Positions 61,407 to 64,000 of a stretch of DNA of 64,000 bases are shown here, one piece after another (position 1 is the first letter of the stretch; every line of letters starts with the position of its first letter). Both the position numbers and the translations under genes were made by a program. The stretch is from an uncultured Caulobacterales bacterium (GTDB lineage: Bacteria; Pseudomonadota; Alphaproteobacteria; Caulobacterales; Caulobacteraceae). Below the pieces are notes generated by a model. The model was not told the origin of the DNA. It saw only the letters and a list, made by a program, of their open reading frames with translations, and ran no database searches. The stretch is from positions 3,599 through 67,598 of the forward strand of contig CAILTK010000030.1 in assembly GCA_903837135.1 (NCBI GenBank). Direction: 5' to 3'.

Positions 61407-61858
61407 GCGCGGGCGCCGTCACGCTCGGCGAGCAACTGTCGCTCCATCCGGTGCAGCAATGCGCGGGCCGCGTCGATCTGCGCGGCGGGGACCTCGCCCA
61501 GCAGGCTCGTGCGATAGGCGTCGAGGGCGCGGGAGGCGCTGCGGCTATGGGCCCTGCCGTCCTTCGTCAGATGCACGATGTTGGCGCGACGGTCGGTGGG
61601 ATCGGGCTGGCGCTCCACGAGGCCGACCTCCACCAGCCGGTCGAGCAGGCGCACCAGCGAGGGACCTTCGACCCCGAGCTCCTCGGCGAGCTGGATCTGC
61701 CGCATGCCCTCGGGGCGTCGTCCGAGCAACACCACGGGCAGGGCCAATGCGTCGGACAGCTCGAGCCGCGACAGGGCCGCGTCCACGCCCTGCCGATACA
61801 GCCGCGCCACCTTGATCAGCATCAAGGTGAAATCGGCGTGAGGATCGAGATTGTCCAT
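61403..61858 (-). CDS. MarR-family transcriptional regulator
   Basis: 151-aa ORF. Winged-helix segment (MRQIQLAEELGVEGPSLVRLLDRLVEVGLVERQPDPTDRR). Confidence 0.88.
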   Translation of the reverse strand: MDNLDPHADFTLMLIKVARLYRQGVDAALSRLELSDALALPVVLLGRRPEGMRQIQLAEELGVEGPSLVRLLDRLVEVGLVERQPDPTDRRANIVHLTKDGRAHSRSASRALDAYRTSLLGEVPAAQIDAARALLHRMERQLLAERDGARA

Positions 61859-61863
61859 ATGAG

Positions 61864-61871
61864 CTAATTAG
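61864..61871. promoter_or_regulatory. perfect 8-bp palindrome CTAATTAG, 6 nt upstream of the marR ATG (possible MarR site)
   Basis: An AT-rich palindrome in otherwise GC-rich DNA, located in the marR leader and promoter region. Confidence 0.3.
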
Positions 61872-61917
61872 TAGGGTGCTATCGAAGTTCAAGTCGCACC
61901 GCCTCCCGCGCGGCGCG

Positions 61918-61942
61918 GGAACCCGGCGGCCGATCCCGGGTT
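61918..61942 (+). promoter_or_regulatory. candidate ECF (EcfG/SigT-type) promoter GGAAC-N16-GGTT
   Basis: GGAAC at 61918-61922 and GGTT at 61939-61942, about 70 nt upstream of the ATG at 62014, which has a GGAAGGAG SD. Confidence 0.4.
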
Positions 61943-62013
61943 TGGCCGGCATGCAGCGAGCGAGGCCGGATCGGCGGCGCCCTGCAGGGCTGAGCTATCG
62001 GAAGGAGTGCGCC

Positions 62014-62331
62014 ATGCCCCGCGGCGACAAATCGAAGTACACCGACAAGCAGGAACGCAAGGCCGATCACATCGCCCAAGGCTACGAGAACAAGGGCGTC
62101 GGCGAGCAGGAGGCCGAACGGCGCGCCTGGGCCACCGTCAACAAGGACGACGGCGGCGGCAAGAAACCCGGCGGGTCGGGCCGCGGAAAGTCCACCGGCC
62201 ATCCGGCCGCGCACAAGGGCGGCGAAAAGGGCGGCAAGGCGTCGTCCTCGCGTACGGCCGCGGAGCGCTCGGCCTCGGCCAGGAAGGCGGCCGCGACGCG
62301 CAAACGCAACGCGGAGCATCACGCCCACTGA
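62014..62331 (+). CDS. small basic hydrophilic stress-associated protein (MPRGDKSKYTDKQ... family)
   Basis: C-terminal 105 aa of ORF 61876..62331, with a strong SD. The conserved-looking N-terminus (MPRGDKSKYTDKQERKADHIAQGYENKGVGEQEAERRAWATVNK) is followed by a Gly/Lys-rich tail. Confidence 0.7.
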   Translation: MPRGDKSKYTDKQERKADHIAQGYENKGVGEQEAERRAWATVNKDDGGGKKPGGSGRGKSTGHPAAHKGGEKGGKASSSRTAAERSASARKAAATRKRNAEHHAH

Positions 62332-62387
62332 CGGATAAGGCGGCGCGTTCGAGCGACAGGAGATGGCCCCCAGGCCGGATTCCGCCT

Positions 62388-63848
62388 TCAGCCGAAGCCG
62401 ACGCGCGACCCGCCTCCGCCCTGACCCTCGGTCGCCGAAGGCTTGATCACGGAAGCCTGCGCCGCCGAAACCTGGGGCGTCGTGGACCGCAGAGCCCGCA
62501 GAAAGTCCGACCGCCAAGCCGCGGCGTCGTGGCGCTCGATGTCGTCCATCATCGTTCGCCATCGCGCGATGCGCTCGGGCTTGGGCATGCGGATCGCCCG
62601 CACGATCGCGTCGGCGACATCCTCGAGGCTGTAGGGGTTGACGATCAGCGCCTGGTCCATCTGCTCCGCCGCGCCGGCGAAGCGGGACAGGATCAGCACG
62701 CCCGGATCCTGCGGGTCCTGCGCGGCGACGTACTCCTTGGCCACCAGATTCATGCCGTCCCGCAGCGGCGTCACCAGGCCGACGCGGGCCGCGCGGTAGA
62801 GGCCGGCGAGGTGGTCGCGGCCGTAGGACCGGTTGAGATAGCGGATCGGCGTCCAGTCGACGGTGGCGAAGCGGCCGTTGATCCGCCCCGACAGGGCGTC
62901 GAGCCGGGGATGAAGCTCGGCGAAGGCGCGCACCTCCGGCCGGCTGGGCTGGGCGACCTGCAGCAGGAAGGCCTTCTCGATCATATCCGGATAGGTCTCA
63001 AGCAGCCGCTCGATGGCCATGAACCGCGCTTCGAGCCCCTTGGCGTAGTCCACCCGGTCCACCGAGATGATCATCGAGCGGAATACCCCCGTCGCGGCCG
63101 CGCGCGTGTAGCTGCGCGTCGCGCCCGGAGAGGCGGCGATCGCGGCGAAACCCCTCGCGTCGATGCCGATCGGAAACACGCCTGTCGTGGTGCTTTCGCC
63201 GAAGGCCGAGATACGTCCACTGGACTGCACCCGACCCGCGGCTTCGATCTCCACGTAGGCTTGGAAGGCCCTGCGCCACTCCTCGCATTGAAATCCGATC
63301 AGGTCGTAGGCGAACAGCGACCGGACCAGGGCCTGGTGCTGCGGCAGGGTGACCAGCAGTTCACGCGCCGGCCAGGGGATGTGCAGGAAGAAGCCGATCC
63401 GGTTGGTCAGCCCCCGCCGCCTCAGGGCGAGCGCCAGCGGCATCAGGTGGTAGTCGTGAACCCAGAGCACATCGTCGGGCCGGACCAGGTCGCACAGGGC
63501 GGCGGCGAAGCGTTCGTTCACCCGCTGATAGCCGTCCCCGAACGCCCGCTCGTAGCGCGCGAGATCGATGCGGTGGTGAAACAGCGGCCAGAGGACGGTA
63601 TTGGCGAAGCCGTTGTAGTACTCGGAGACGTCCTGGGCCTCGAGATCGAGCGTGGCGATGGTGACGCCGTTCTGCGAGCGGATGTCGGGGCGATCCGTGG
63701 CGGGACCCGTCTTGCCGCTCCAGCCGAACCAGACGCCGTCGGAAAAAGCCAAGGCGTCGGACAGGGCCATGGTGAGCCCGCCCATCGACGCCGCGCCGGC
63801 CTTTTCGGACGCCGCGACACGATTGGAGACGACGATCAGCCTAGACAT
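62388..63848 (-). CDS. otsA: alpha,alpha-trehalose-phosphate synthase
   Basis: 486-aa [34 protein letters not shown] and [16 protein letters not shown] are OtsA signatures. Confidence 0.92.
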   Translation of the reverse strand: MSRLIVVSNRVAASEKAGAASMGGLTMALSDALAFSDGVWFGWSGKTGPATDRPDIRSQNGVTIATLDLEAQDVSEYYNGFANTVLWPLFHHRIDLARYERAFGDGYQRVNERFAAALCDLVRPDDVLWVHDYHLMPLALALRRRGLTNRIGFFLHIPWPARELLVTLPQHQALVRSLFAYDLIGFQCEEWRRAFQAYVEIEAAGRVQSSGRISAFGESTTTGVFPIGIDARGFAAIAASPGATRSYTRAAATGVFRSMIISVDRVDYAKGLEARFMAIERLLETYPDMIEKAFLLQVAQPSRPEVRAFAELHPRLDALSGRINGRFATVDWTPIRYLNRSYGRDHLAGLYRAARVGLVTPLRDGMNLVAKEYVAAQDPQDPGVLILSRFAGAAEQMDQALIVNPYSLEDVADAIVRAIRMPKPERIARWRTMMDDIERHDAAAWRSDFLRALRSTTPQVSAAQASVIKPSATEGQGGGGSRVGFG

Positions 63849-64000
63849 GGGTTGCGGCTCGCGGTTGGGCGGCGTCCTCAGGGGCCGTGGCCAGCCAGGC
63901 CAGCACCGCCTCCACGTCCGCGATCCGATAGGTCGCGGCGCTGGGCCGGTCTGGCCCGACCAGCACGCCGAACCCGCCGAGCGCGCGCGCGGCCGTAAAG
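63841..64000 (-). CDS. otsB: trehalose-phosphatase, C-terminal end (the gene runs off the window end)
   Basis: Minus-strand frame reads ...ARALGGFGVLVGPDRPSAATYRIADVEAVLAWLA...*. The TAG stop overlaps the otsA start by 8 nt. The call rests on position and C-terminal resemblance only. Confidence 0.6.
   Translation of the reverse strand, partial: FTAARALGGFGVLVGPDRPSAATYRIADVEAVLAWLATAPEDAAQPRAATHV

Overview
This 64-kb window looks like chromosomal DNA from a high-GC genome (about 65-70% GC by eye). HWE-type histidine kinase, DUF1285-Nudix pair, several TonB-dependent receptors and GGAAC-N16-CGTT-like promoter motifs suggest an alphaproteobacterium, possibly Caulobacterales-like; this is a guess only. 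I can support about 70 protein-coding genes, most of them housekeeping: cysDN-cysQ, accA, rnhA-thrB, ispH, argS, serB/miaA, ispB, aspartate aminotransferase, gluQ, tsaC/sua5, otsBA. There are also two TonB-dependent receptors, two YceI/cytochrome b561 genes, a MarR-FUSC-AaeX-HlyD-OMF efflux operon, and several TetR/MarR/Crp regulators.

I found no rRNA, tRNA, CRISPR array, transposase, integrase or recognisable phage or defence module. I did not find a clear-cut novel system. The items most worth a second look are:
1. A co-directional signalling cluster (Crp-like regulator, small DUF6894-like protein, 12-codon leader ORF, 1043-aa CheB-CheR-PAS-PAS-HWE kinase). The kinase is followed in the same frame, after a single TGA, by a decayed and truncated receiver domain.
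2. A stress-gene-rich right-hand third (47.9-64 kb) with EcfG/SigT-like promoter motifs in front of several transcription units.
3. A 560-bp gene-free gap (46.5-47.1 kb) with a 10-bp long-range closing helix followed by a T-run, a candidate structured RNA.
4. A secreted Gly/Tyr/His-rich low-complexity protein divergent from an LTXXQ (Spy/CpxP-like) gene.
5. A TetR-controlled near-consensus promoter driving an unannotated 48-codon membrane mini-ORF, followed by a GC hairpin abutting the alkA start.
6. A low-GC two-methyltransferase islet.
7. A half-size LspA-like fragment that retains both catalytic Asp motifs.

The many long antisense ORFs in the track are treated as GC-bias artefacts.
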